Assembly (NCBI GenBank): GCA_016186115.1
Contig: JACPMK010000002.1
Coordinates: 274,323 to 338,322, forward strand
Direction: 5' to 3'
DNA length: 64,000 nt
From: Candidatus Wildermuthbacteria bacterium
Lineage (GTDB): Bacteria; Patescibacteriota; Minisyncoccia; Minisyncoccales; UBA10102
In this document: positions 16,940-25,598 of the stretch, in pieces
How positions within the stretch are numbered: position 1 is the stretch's first letter
Layout of the letters: the number at the start of each line of letters is the position of its first letter
Notes under the pieces: generated by a model
Database searches by the model: none
What the model saw: the letters and a program-made list of their open reading frames with translations, nothing else
Told to the model about the DNA's origin: nothing
Made by a program: the position numbers and the translations under genes

Positions 16940-16986
16940 TAATGGAAAAATAAAAGTCGCCATGCTCATAGAAAGAATGGCGACTT
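16940..16986 (-). terminator. rho-independent terminator downstream of lipoprotein gene 17002..17457
   Basis: 10-bp stem aagtcgccat/atggcgactt (16953-16986); on the minus strand it is followed by TTATTTTTCC. Confidence 0.5.
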
Positions 16987-17001
16987 AGCTTCCCTCATTA
17001 C

Positions 17002-17457
17002 TCATCGGTTAAAAACGATGCTAAAATAATCGCTCCTACCTTCCGCGGGGTTTTCGCCCCCGTCTGCGTCCCACACCCGGATCCGGAAACGATCTCCGGG
17101 CTGAACATCAGGCCATAAATCTTTTATGGCCGTGATTGCGTAATGGCCGGAATTCTCAACCGCTACTCCTTCATCAAGAATCCAGGTGAATGGATACGTT
17201 CCCTTGAAAGGTTCGGCCCGCACTCCGGCAGAAGCAACTGTCGTCTGAATCGCAGGAGAAGCGGGATCTCGCCAATCCTCAAGGGCAATGTTGACCCGCT
17301 TTACTCCCTTTCCTACTTCCCACGCAACAGGCCTTCCAATTTCATCCCATTGTTCTCCTCTAGCCGGGTAAGTAACCTTCACCGTTGAAACACTCCCACA
17401 AGACAACAAAAGAGCAACAAGACCAAAAAGCAATCCGAACCGTAGTAGCCAAATCAA
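17002..17457 (-). CDS. putative lipoprotein of unknown function
   Basis: Signal peptide with lipobox-like LLLSCGS; beta-rich mature domain. Confidence 0.55.
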   Translation of the reverse strand: MIWLLRFGLLFGLVALLLSCGSVSTVKVTYPARGEQWDEIGRPVAWEVGKGVKRVNIALEDWRDPASPAIQTTVASAGVRAEPFKGTYPFTWILDEGVAVENSGHYAITAIKDLWPDVQPGDRFRIRVWDADGGENPAEGRSDYFSIVFNR

Positions 17458-17559
17458 GTTTCTCCTCCCTTCGATTTTTAATCACGAATATACGAAGAGT
17501 TACTTTGAGCTACTTCTTGCTTATCACATTTCACCCAAAAATCAAGCCGTTATTAATTA

Positions 17560-17599
17560 CGAAAAATAAATGCCCCGGATAGAAAGAATCTATCCGGGG
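17560..17599 (-). terminator. rho-independent terminator downstream of 17622..18068
   Basis: Perfect 10-bp stem ccccggatag/ctatccgggg (17573-17599); on the minus strand it is followed by CATTTATTTTTCG. Confidence 0.55.
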
Positions 17600-17621
17600 G
17601 TTTGGGGCGCGCACTCCACGA

Positions 17622-18068
17622 CTAGTTGAGAGAGAACGTAAACCCCGAATGAGCTACGGGGATTTCCGGGTGGTAGTAAATAAACTCTACTACCAGCAGA
17701 TTGTCGGGGTCATCTGTCGCGACCGCCACTGTGACGAAATGGCGATCATCCGGGAGAACAATCCGTCTTTTTCTTGTTGCCCCTTCCCCCGGAAGATAAA
17801 GGGGACATCCACGAGATGACCTTTTCCCCGAAAAAGGTATGGTAATGATGCTAAAAAACCCGCCGCCCTCCATGAGAGGTACTATTTCATGAAGGCAGAA
17901 TTCTCCTGTTCCTGGATCAAATCCAGACGTCAAAGGGTAGGGTTCGTCCCGCGGAAGAAGCATAACCGAACCACCCTTCTGAATCTCCATGGTAATCCGT
18001 TCAGCAAACTCCTCGATCCGCCAACGACTGTAGGGAATGCCGTTGGGACGATGCAATCTATAAATCAT
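17622..18068 (-). CDS. hypothetical 148-aa protein
   Basis: Start MIYRLHRP is preceded by AAGGAGG with a 5-nt spacer. Contains GFDPGTGEFCLHEI; no confident family. The longer track ORF has an unlikely hydrophobic extension. Confidence 0.55.
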   Translation of the reverse strand: MIYRLHRPNGIPYSRWRIEEFAERITMEIQKGGSVMLLPRDEPYPLTSGFDPGTGEFCLHEIVPLMEGGGFFSIITIPFSGKRSSRGCPLYLPGEGATRKRRIVLPDDRHFVTVAVATDDPDNLLVVEFIYYHPEIPVAHSGFTFSLN

Positions 18069-18224
18069 CTCTGCCTCCTTTCTGTCTGATTTCCGTTCTC
18101 CAGCAGGATTTTTTTTATAGCACAACATTAACGCTGCCGTCAAAAAGAAAAACATAGCCGTAGCGTTCAACTACGGAAAAAGACGCAGCGCACTGCTCTT
18201 TTTTTTCACTGCAGCAATTCCGCC

Positions 18225-18260
18225 GGGCGAATTTCAATCATTCAAACGTTCTGGTACAAT
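18225..18260 (+). promoter_or_regulatory. extended -10 promoter (TGgTACAAT) for the carboxypeptidase gene; leaderless start
   Basis: TGG at 18252-18254 and TACAAT at 18255-18260. The ATG at 18267 is only 6 nt downstream, with no SD, which implies a leaderless mRNA. The -35 is weak (TTTCAA/TTCAAT). Confidence 0.3.
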
Positions 18261-18266
18261 AAACGC

Positions 18267-19205
18267 ATGCGATACAAAAGATTTTTTCTCTTATGTTCTC
18301 TCTTGCTTCTCTTTTTTCTGTCTCTTATGCCGAAAACGGCCCAAGCTATTACCCAAACAGAAAAAGACCTGCTACTTCAGCAAATCGAAATCCTCAAACA
18401 GGAAGTTTCGCTTTTGCAGATGCTCCTTGCAAATCTCCAGTCCGCCAGCGATCCCGCAGGAATTACTGCGCAATCATACCTTGCAGTAAACCTTTCTGAT
18501 TATTCGGTTGTTTTAGAAAAAAACCAAAACCAGCCATATCCCATAGCTTCTGTTGCCAAACTCATGAATGCCGTGGTTGCTCTTGAAAACATTGACAAGA
18601 CCCAAACCATAACGCTCACAGAAGAAATGCTCAAGCCCTTAGGATCCAGCCCCTCCCTTTTTCGGGGCCTTACGGTCGGCGCGGAAAATCTTCTCAAAGC
18701 CAGCCTTATTCAATCTACAAACGACGCTGCCGAAGCGTTAGCGTATGCTGTGGGAAAAGAAAAATTTACGAATCTCATGAACCAAAAAGCAAAAGAGCTG
18801 GGCATGTCAAATACTGTTTTTTATGACACCCACGGATTGAACCTAGCAAACCTCTCCACGGCTTCAGATCTCGCCAAACTCATTTCGTATATCCGCGGAT
18901 ATCATCCTGAAATTTTGAGCATCACGAGAGATAATAACTTCTGGCTTCCCGATGCAACAGGAAGAAAGCTTAAATTCCAAAATGTAAATAATTTCTATCC
19001 TCTTCCTGCGTTTATTGGCGGAAAAGCCGGCTACCTCCCCGAAGCCAGGCAAACGTTAGCTGCGGTCTTTAATGTCAACGGGGACGCTATCGTCGTCGTC
19101 GTGCTGCACTCCATCAACCGCCAGGCAGACACCTTCCGCATCCTCAATCAACTAGGAAGAGAAAAGCTCATCGCAAGCAGAATGATACAAAATGAAAAGG
19201 CGTAG
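18267..19205 (+). CDS. serine-type D-Ala-D-Ala carboxypeptidase (peptidase S11, PBP5-like)
   Basis: Signal peptide, SVAKLM (SxxK), STND (SxN) and GGKAGY (KTG-like) active-site triad; N-terminal coiled-coil segment. Confidence 0.8.
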   Translation: MRYKRFFLLCSLLLLFFLSLMPKTAQAITQTEKDLLLQQIEILKQEVSLLQMLLANLQSASDPAGITAQSYLAVNLSDYSVVLEKNQNQPYPIASVAKLMNAVVALENIDKTQTITLTEEMLKPLGSSPSLFRGLTVGAENLLKASLIQSTNDAAEALAYAVGKEKFTNLMNQKAKELGMSNTVFYDTHGLNLANLSTASDLAKLISYIRGYHPEILSITRDNNFWLPDATGRKLKFQNVNNFYPLPAFIGGKAGYLPEARQTLAAVFNVNGDAIVVVVLHSINRQADTFRILNQLGREKLIASRMIQNEKA

Positions 19206-19241
19206 ATACCGACCCCCAAAAATCTAATGGAGTAGTCAAAA

Positions 19242-19490
19242 TCACTTACTCAAACACTTCCCCTTTGAGCTTCCTCGCTTCTTCTGCAATTCCTTGAGGG
19301 CCACGTCCAGCTGCATGATATTGATCTCTTCTTCGGAAAAAAAATCAAGGTCTTCTGAATAGCGATGCCTTAAATAAAAAGCGGCAAGCGCCGTGCCGCC
19401 AGTTAGATAAAATTTCTGCGAGAGAAATGCGTTCTCCCCAATCCTCTCTAAAAGCACCTGCTGTGTTTTCGTAAGAATTCCCTTACTCAT
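19242..19490 (-). CDS. truncated AbiEii/DUF1814-type nucleotidyltransferase (N-terminal 82 aa only)
   Basis: FYLTGGTALAAFYLRHRYSEDLDFF matches the AbiEii-family Pol-beta NTase motif (LKGGTAL...R.S.DIDF). Full-length family members are ~250-300 aa; here the ORF stops after 82 aa, right at the end of the convergent dacA-like gene. Confidence 0.5.
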   Translation of the reverse strand: MSKGILTKTQQVLLERIGENAFLSQKFYLTGGTALAAFYLRHRYSEDLDFFSEEEINIMQLDVALKELQKKRGSSKGKCLSK

Positions 19491-19797
19491 GCAAAAGGAG
19501 TTCTAGAAATCGCTTTCTGGCGGGATCAAGACGAAGCTTGTCCCAATATTTTTTTAGCTCTTTTTCGCTTATTTTTTTCCCATTCAATCCGAAATTTACC
19601 ATCTGCTCAAGTTTCCAAATGGCGTACTTTTCCGGATTATTCTTTAGTTTCTCCTCGTCTACAGACCAGTTATACATATTTTTATTATACTCCTTCAACA
19701 AACTCAGAACAAGCAAAAAAACCGCCCTTCGAAAAGTAAGGCCCCGAAGAGCTTGCTGCTCAACGGGGCATGGCGGTTGGCTTGGATCTGTGAGCAA
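19483..19797 (-). CDS. hypothetical small protein upstream partner of the NTase fragment (possible antitoxin-like remnant)
   Basis: Translationally coupled to the NTase fragment (ATGAGTAA overlap). Its C-terminal part (KYAIWKLEQMVNFGLNGKKISEKELKKYWDKLRLDPARKRFLELLL) is helical; the true start is uncertain (possibly MYNW at 19674). Confidence 0.4.
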   Translation of the reverse strand: MLTDPSQPPCPVEQQALRGLTFRRAVFLLVLSLLKEYNKNMYNWSVDEEKLKNNPEKYAIWKLEQMVNFGLNGKKISEKELKKYWDKLRLDPARKRFLELLLHE

Positions 19798-19803
19798 TTT
19801 CTT

Positions 19804-20172
19804 CTAGAGCAAGGTTGTTGTCCCTCCCTCACCTACGTGCGCCACATGGGAGAGGAGCGCGTGGAATCTCTGAAGAATTTTCATCTGAAGCCGGCGCGCA
19901 CGACGCAACTGAACTTCCTCTCCTATCTGTTGCGCCTTACACCAGGCGCAATCCCAGTGATAGGAAATAATCAAACGCTCAATGGTGGGGTCAAGCTCCA
20001 AAAGCGTCTCGATCTTTTGGAAAAGTATCTGCAATCCGCTTTCTCCAAGCGGATCCACTCCTCCGAATTCCGTAAAGCTATAGTGGGCACCTACAACTTC
20101 CTGAATGGGGAGAGCCCACTCTCCCTCAAACCGGGGGTCCACGCAACGGAGCAAAATTGTTTTCGCCGGCAT
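19804..20172 (-). CDS. short beta-carbonic-anhydrase-like protein (putative)
   Basis: Start MPAKT is preceded by GGAAGGAGG. Motifs ILLRCVDPRF and LIISYHWDCAWC mirror beta-CA zinc-ligand motifs (CxDxR ... HxxC). At 123 aa it is shorter than typical beta-CA. Confidence 0.45.
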   Translation of the reverse strand: MPAKTILLRCVDPRFEGEWALPIQEVVGAHYSFTEFGGVDPLGESGLQILFQKIETLLELDPTIERLIISYHWDCAWCKAQQIGEEVQLRRARRLQMKILQRFHALLSHVAHVGEGGTTTLL

Positions 20173-20413
20173 GAGCAACCTCCTTCCCAACGTCTTGACT
20201 ACCATCCCACATTTCCACATTTTTAGGCTTTTTTCAAGGAAAAGCTCCCCCCTCCTTTGCCTTTCGCAGAGGCGAGGGCGGGCACGTGTAGCCTGCTTTT
20301 CTTTGCAAAATAAATCTTTGATTTATCGCGCGGATCAGCCACGAAAAATGAACCAAAACATTCATCTCATGGCTCACGCTGCTGAAGTCCGTTCGAACCA
20401 GTTTGATGGAAAG

Positions 20414-20454
20414 TTAAAATAAAAAGCCCTTCTATTCTGGCTGAACAGAAGGGC
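20414..20454 (-). terminator. strong rho-independent terminator after gene 20612..20860
   Basis: Perfect 8-bp stem gcccttct/agaagggc with a 13-nt loop (20426-20454); on the minus strand it is followed by TTTTTATTTT. Confidence 0.6.
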
Positions 20455-20611
20455 CACCGATGTAAAACCATCCTTGCTCTGTTTTTTAGTATTTTATGAG
20501 CTGTAATTTTATACCAATCCTAATGCATAAAAATCAAGTGTTCTATCAAAAAATCGCCTTCCCTTCTAGAATTCGGCAAAGCAGGTCCTTTGCATCCAAA
20601 ATAGAGAGAAA

Positions 20612-20860
20612 TTAATACTCCAACTTAATGCCGAGCTTCTCTGCAATCTGGTGAAACCACTTTTCGTGCCTGTCCACTTTCATAACTACAGCGGCATATT
20701 CTATCCGCAGATCATCTACCGCCTTTGCCAACCGATCTATTGCAATGATTAACTCATGCACCGTTTCCTTAAGATCGAGAAGTTCTGTTTTTATCTCTGC
20801 AACATCCTCTTTGGTTGCTAAAACCTCAAGGAGTTTTTGAATATCTTCTGAAGTTAACAT
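20612..20860 (-). CDS. hypothetical coiled-coil protein (82 aa)
   Basis: Entirely helical with heptad periodicity; no TM; no recognisable family. Confidence 0.5.
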   Translation of the reverse strand: MLTSEDIQKLLEVLATKEDVAEIKTELLDLKETVHELIIAIDRLAKAVDDLRIEYAAVVMKVDRHEKWFHQIAEKLGIKLEY

Positions 20861-20897
20861 ATAGCTTATGATAACTTACCAAAGAAAAGTGTCAAAC

Positions 20898-20971
20898 GGC
20901 TCCGCGGGTAGGACTCGGACCTACAACCAACTGGTTAACAGCCAGCTGCTCTACCATTGAGCTACCGCGGA
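20898..20971 (-). tRNA. tRNA-Asn (anticodon GTT)
   Basis: Minus-strand sequence TCCGCGGTAGCTCAATGGTAGAGCAGCTGGCTGTTAACCAGTTGGTTGTAGGTCCGAGTCCTACCCGCGGAGCC folds as a cloverleaf with a 7-bp acceptor, anticodon loop CTGTTAA and T-loop TCCGAGT. Confidence 0.85.
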
Positions 20972-21027
20972 ATATATTGCTCAATAAATATCAAATATAA
21001 GATAACAGATTCCTGCGATCCTTTCAA

Positions 21028-22218
21028 CTAGTATCCGCGGAGTTTACGAAGAGACCGGTGTTCGCGGATTTTTTCGAGGGCCTTGGCTTCGATCTGACGG
21101 ATACGCTCTCTGGTCACGCCAAACTCTGTCCCCACCTCTTCCAGGGTATGGGTGATGCCGTCATCCAAACCAAAACGCATCGCAAGAATTTTTTGTTCCC
21201 GCGGACTCAAATCAACAAGAATTTCCTGGATGCGTTCGCGCAAAAGATTGCGAGCTGCCTCAACCGAGGGAGGGGCAACTTTTTCATCCTCCACGAACTC
21301 TGCCAAAATACTGTCTTCCTCATCCTCCCCCACCGGCGTTTCGAGCGATACGGTTTCCTGCGAAATTTTTTGAATCTGCCGAACCTTGCTCACTTCCAAT
21401 CCCATTTCTGCTGCAATTTCTTCTGCCAATGGCTCCCTGCCCAAATCCTGAAGCAAGCGTTTGCGCACCTGCGTATATTTGGAAATGGTTTCGATCATGT
21501 GCACCGGAATACGAATAGTTCTTGCCTGATCCGCTAACGCTCTGGTAATTGCCTGACGAATCCACCATGTGGCATAGGTTGAAAATTTATACCCTTTGCG
21601 CCAGTCAAATTTTTCAACCGCGCGGAATAATCCTAAATTCCCCTCCTGAATAAGGTCGAGAAGGGTAAGGTGAGGCGTGCGTCCCACATATTTTTTTGCA
21701 ATGGATACCACGAGCCGAAGATTTGCCCGCGCCAATTGTTTCTTCGCTTCTTCATCGCCCCGCTCAATGCGTTTTGCAAGCTCACGCTCTTGCTCTGCGG
21801 TAACGAAAGAAATTTTTCCAATTTCTTTAAGATACATCTGCACCGGATCAAGCGGCCCCTCTTCTGTCGGCTTTTTTGCCTCCTGTTTTGTAACATCGAT
21901 ATATTCGCGTACTTCTTCCACGCGAATCCCTTCTTTTTCCAAAATCCCGAAAAGCTCATCAAGACCTTGCACATCTTTTTCTGGATTAGGAAACTGATAC
22001 AGAATTTCTGAAAAGATAACGAAACCCCGCGGCTTTACCCGATCAATTAATTCCCGAATCTTTTCTTCGGTAAAAACCTTGCTTCCTCTCCTTCTTTTCG
22101 GCGCTTTCCTGATCACGCGAATTTTTCTCGACGCGCGCCCCACCTTGGAAAGAGCGACTGTTCCCCTCCTTCCCGGTCGCATTTTCTGATTTCTTTTTGC
22201 GATAAGACTTTTTGGCAT
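21028..22218 (-). CDS. rpoD: RNA polymerase sigma factor RpoD (sigma-70)
   Basis: Region 2 ([13 protein letters not shown]), region 3 and region 4 ([24 protein letters not shown]); basic N-terminal extension. Confidence 0.92.
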   Translation of the reverse strand: MPKSLIAKRNQKMRPGRRGTVALSKVGRASRKIRVIRKAPKRRRGSKVFTEEKIRELIDRVKPRGFVIFSEILYQFPNPEKDVQGLDELFGILEKEGIRVEEVREYIDVTKQEAKKPTEEGPLDPVQMYLKEIGKISFVTAEQERELAKRIERGDEEAKKQLARANLRLVVSIAKKYVGRTPHLTLLDLIQEGNLGLFRAVEKFDWRKGYKFSTYATWWIRQAITRALADQARTIRIPVHMIETISKYTQVRKRLLQDLGREPLAEEIAAEMGLEVSKVRQIQKISQETVSLETPVGEDEEDSILAEFVEDEKVAPPSVEAARNLLRERIQEILVDLSPREQKILAMRFGLDDGITHTLEEVGTEFGVTRERIRQIEAKALEKIREHRSLRKLRGY

Positions 22219-22242
22219 TTTTCTTTGGAGTTTCTAATTTTG

Positions 22243-24006
22243 TTAGTTTAATAAATGAAGCTCTGTACTCAAATGATGAAATTCCTGCATGAGCTGTTGC
22301 AATTTTTGATGATCCTGCTCTTTTTCTGCCTGCTTAATCTCGCGAGAAATGACGCTGAGCCGTTCTCTTGTATATAACGCTTTTAACTCCTTTAGGCAAC
22401 TCTGTAGTTCCTTTTCTCCTTCCGATTCCCCCTCTTCCATATCTGCTTGGAAGGTAAGACCCCTTAGATATTCGACGCTCTCTTTCGAAAGCATGTTTCC
22501 AAAAAGGGAAAAATCAAGCTGGGGATTCTTTTGCATTGCTGCAATAATCTCTCGTGTAGCTGGAGAAACCAGTTCCATCGCTTGCGGGGCGAATTGCTGT
22601 ACATTCTCTGGCGTGCGGAATAAAAGGAAAACAATTTGCTCCTCCAGAAGTTCTTTTCTTGATTTCATCTCCACGGCCCCCACCTTCGCGACAGAAGAAC
22701 GTCGGATAATATCATCCTCATTTTTAATTTTGGAGAGTTCTTCGCGCACGCTTTCTTCTCTTGCGCAAAGCTCCTCTGCCAGACGCCTGATCCAAAAATC
22801 CTGCTCAACCCTGCTCTGCAATTTTTTAATAACGGGGAGAATGGTCTTGGCAATGGCGTTTTGCCCTTCGGAAGTATGCTTATCAAATTTTGCAAAGGTC
22901 GTTTCGAAATAAAAATCGGAAATTGATTTTGCATGTTGCAAAAGTTCTTTCCACTGCTCTGAATTCTCTTTCACAACATCAGCAGGATCTTTCGGCGGAG
23001 GCATCAATACCACTTTGATCCGAAAACCCGCACCCAAAGCCCGGTCAATGCCCTTTTTCGTTGCCGATTCCCCGGCCGCATCTCCATCAAAAGAAGCGAA
23101 GAGGTTTTCAGAATAGCGTTTCAATACTTTCACATGCTCATCGGTGAGAGCGGTTCCTGACGCAGCAACCACATTTTCTGTACCTGCTTGAGAAACCAAA
23201 ATCACATCAAAGTATCCCTCGACCAGCACGCAAAAATCATTTCTTCGAATCGCGAGTTTCGCCTTATCCAATCCATAGAGAATTTTGCTTTTATCATACA
23301 AAGGAGTGTTGGAAGTATTAATGTATTTGGCAAGATCCGCATCTGCTTTTTTGCCAAAAATTCTTCCGCCAAACCCCACGGTCGCAGAATGCAAATCAAA
23401 AATCGGAAACATAATGCGGCTGCGGAACCGGTCATAGGTCTGCCCCTCCGAACGCACCAAGAGTCCTGCTCTGCCGATTTCCTGTTCTCTAAATCCGCGT
23501 GAGGAAAGAAAAGAAAATAAAGAATTGGCGCTTTCCGGAGCATACCCCACTCTCCATTTGGCAATACTCTCTTTGGTTAGCCCGCGCTCGCCCATAAGAT
23601 AATTCGTTGCCTCCTCCCCTATTTGGGAACCCTCGAGCTGCTTTTCAAAAAATTGCGTTGCAAGCTCCATCAGTTCGAGCAATCGCTTGCGTTCGGTTTC
23701 CCATTGCATAAATGCGGGATCTCTTTGGGGCAATTCGACCCCTGCCTTTTGCGCAAGCAATCGCAAAGCATCGCCAAATTCAATTCCCTCGATCTGCATG
23801 ATAAATTGAAAAACATCGCCTCCCAATCCGCATCCGAAGCATTTCCAGGTCTGCCGTCCCGGCGACACAAAAAAAGATGGGCCTTTCTCTGAATGAAACG
23901 GGCAAAGCGCCCGATAATTTGCTCCGGCCTTTTGCAGCTGAACATATTCCTTTACTACAGCCAAAATATCAAGCCGATTTTTAATTTCTTCAATGGGAGA
24001 GAGCAT
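22243..24006 (-). CDS. dnaG: DNA primase DnaG
   Basis: Zinc-binding CPFHSEKGPSF...CFGCG, RNA polymerase core and Toprim (EGYFDV, DGDAAG). It is 24 nt upstream of rpoD, the classic dnaG-rpoD arrangement. Confidence 0.9.
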   Translation of the reverse strand: MLSPIEEIKNRLDILAVVKEYVQLQKAGANYRALCPFHSEKGPSFFVSPGRQTWKCFGCGLGGDVFQFIMQIEGIEFGDALRLLAQKAGVELPQRDPAFMQWETERKRLLELMELATQFFEKQLEGSQIGEEATNYLMGERGLTKESIAKWRVGYAPESANSLFSFLSSRGFREQEIGRAGLLVRSEGQTYDRFRSRIMFPIFDLHSATVGFGGRIFGKKADADLAKYINTSNTPLYDKSKILYGLDKAKLAIRRNDFCVLVEGYFDVILVSQAGTENVVAASGTALTDEHVKVLKRYSENLFASFDGDAAGESATKKGIDRALGAGFRIKVVLMPPPKDPADVVKENSEQWKELLQHAKSISDFYFETTFAKFDKHTSEGQNAIAKTILPVIKKLQSRVEQDFWIRRLAEELCAREESVREELSKIKNEDDIIRRSSVAKVGAVEMKSRKELLEEQIVFLLFRTPENVQQFAPQAMELVSPATREIIAAMQKNPQLDFSLFGNMLSKESVEYLRGLTFQADMEEGESEGEKELQSCLKELKALYTRERLSVISREIKQAEKEQDHQKLQQLMQEFHHLSTELHLLN

Positions 24007-25420
24007 AAAGCTTTTGATAAAGCTGAAGATATTTTTTTGCTGATTTTTGCCATGAAAAATCCTGATTCATGGCGCAAGCAATCATATTCTGCATCTTTTT
24101 TTCATTTCGGTATAGCTCCAATGCCTTTTTGAGCGCGCTCAATAATTGCTGGGAATTATACTCTTCAAAAAGAATCCCTGTCTTGCCATGTTCCACCGTA
24201 TCTCCAAGCCCGCCGGTCTTACGCACAATGGGGATTGTTCCATAGCGCATCGCAATCATCTGGCCAAGCCCGCAGGGTTCAAATTTCGATGGCATAAGAA
24301 AGAAATCAACTCCTGCATAGATTTGCTGCGCCAGCACCGCATCGAACTTGATATGAGACGAAATATTCTGTGGAAAATTTTTCGCGGCAGTTTCAAGCCC
24401 ATCCTCGTATTCTTTTCCTCCTACTCCTAACACTGCCAGCTGGCAATTGGTTTCTCGTAAAAAGGGAATGGTCTCTAAAATCAGATCAATTCCTTTTTGA
24501 GAGGTCAACCTTCCGATAAAACCAAATAAGGGCATGGAACTGTCAACGGGAAGGCCGATAATTTGCTGAAGATATCTCTTATTTTCTTTCTTTAATTCTG
24601 GATTTTTCAAAGAATACTTGCTCTTCAAATCAGGGTCGGTTGCAGGGTTGAATCTTTCTACGTCAATACCATTCACAATACCGAATAAATCTTTTTTCCT
24701 TGGTCGAAGAATATCTTCCAATCCTTCACCATATTCTTTGGTGAGGATTTCTTTGGCATACGATGGGCTCACGGTATTCAAAAGATCCGCAGAAATAATC
24801 CCTTGCCGCAAAATATTTCCTTGGGGAAATTCCTGTTCATTGGTTATTTGGAGAAATTCGCGGATTTGCTGCTCATCCCATTTGCCCTGATTGGCAAGAT
24901 TATGAATTGTGAGCAGGGTCTTTGCTTCTATTCCTTTGCGTTTCAAAAAATACGGAATTGCTGCGGTATGCCAATCATTGCAATGAACAATATCGGGAGT
25001 CCATTGAACAGATGGCAGAAATTCGCCAACAAGTTCGGAGAAAAATAAAAAACGCGCAATTTCTTTCCACGATCCCACAAACGCGGTTCGCTCAAAATAA
25101 ATTCCGTTTTCGCCAAAATAGCGCTCGTTTTCCAAAAGATACAATGGCACCGAGCTGCCGGGAAGAGTCCCTCGGTATACTTTGATTTCCTCGCCGCGAT
25201 AAGAAAAAGAAGAAATATGCTCAACTTTTTCTTTAGTAAGATCGATTTCGCGGTATTTTGGAAGAACAATCCGTACGTCGCACCCTTCTTTGGCAAGGGC
25301 CACGTCAAACGTGGCAAGAGCTTTTGGAAGCGCGCCAATCACATCGCCAAGGCCCCCAACCTTTGCGATGGGAGTACATTCGGAAGCCGCGAACAAAATT
25401 TTCAAACGCGCTTCCTGCAT
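23990..25420 (-). CDS. glgA: glycogen/starch synthase (GT5, GlgA-like)
   Basis: N-terminal KVGGLGDV and CNDWHTA motifs plus a C-terminal GT-B domain. Confidence 0.85.
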   Translation of the reverse strand: MQEARLKILFAASECTPIAKVGGLGDVIGALPKALATFDVALAKEGCDVRIVLPKYREIDLTKEKVEHISSFSYRGEEIKVYRGTLPGSSVPLYLLENERYFGENGIYFERTAFVGSWKEIARFLFFSELVGEFLPSVQWTPDIVHCNDWHTAAIPYFLKRKGIEAKTLLTIHNLANQGKWDEQQIREFLQITNEQEFPQGNILRQGIISADLLNTVSPSYAKEILTKEYGEGLEDILRPRKKDLFGIVNGIDVERFNPATDPDLKSKYSLKNPELKKENKRYLQQIIGLPVDSSMPLFGFIGRLTSQKGIDLILETIPFLRETNCQLAVLGVGGKEYEDGLETAAKNFPQNISSHIKFDAVLAQQIYAGVDFFLMPSKFEPCGLGQMIAMRYGTIPIVRKTGGLGDTVEHGKTGILFEEYNSQQLLSALKKALELYRNEKKMQNMIACAMNQDFSWQKSAKKYLQLYQKLYALSH

Positions 25421-25457
25421 GAATGCTTTTTAATAAAGATTACGAAGCGGCGTCGAA

Positions 25458-25571
25458 GGTGCATGTTTGAGGAGACCCTTAGCAGCGCGACGGCGCGACC
25501 TGCCTGCCGGCAGGCAGGGAAAAGAGCAAATTTCTAGCAAGAAATTATGCGTGTCTCCGAAAACATGCACC
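25458..25571. other. compound palindromic structured element in the GH57-glgA intergenic region
   Basis: The outer inverted repeat ggtgcatgtttgaggagac (25458-25476) and gtctccgaaaacatgcacc (25553-25571) pairs at 17 of 19 positions. It encloses a perfect 20-nt palindrome cctgcctgccggcaggcagg (25499-25518), a 7-bp hairpin aatttct-agca-agaaatt (25529-25546) and a gcgcgac direct repeat. Confidence 0.5.
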
Positions 25572-25598
25572 AAGAAAGCCGATTCGCAACTAATCAAT

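Noticed and set aside
19753-20226. + strand 157-aa ORF overlapping the beta-CA-like gene
   Set aside because: The minus-strand ORF has an AGGAGG SD at ideal spacing and family-like motifs. The + ORF lacks both and is probably a shadow ORF.
20105-20422. + strand 105-aa ORF in the long intergenic region
   Set aside because: Low-complexity Arg/Ser-rich translation, no SD, and no recognisable motif. More likely non-coding sequence; the terminator at 20414-20454 belongs to the minus strand.
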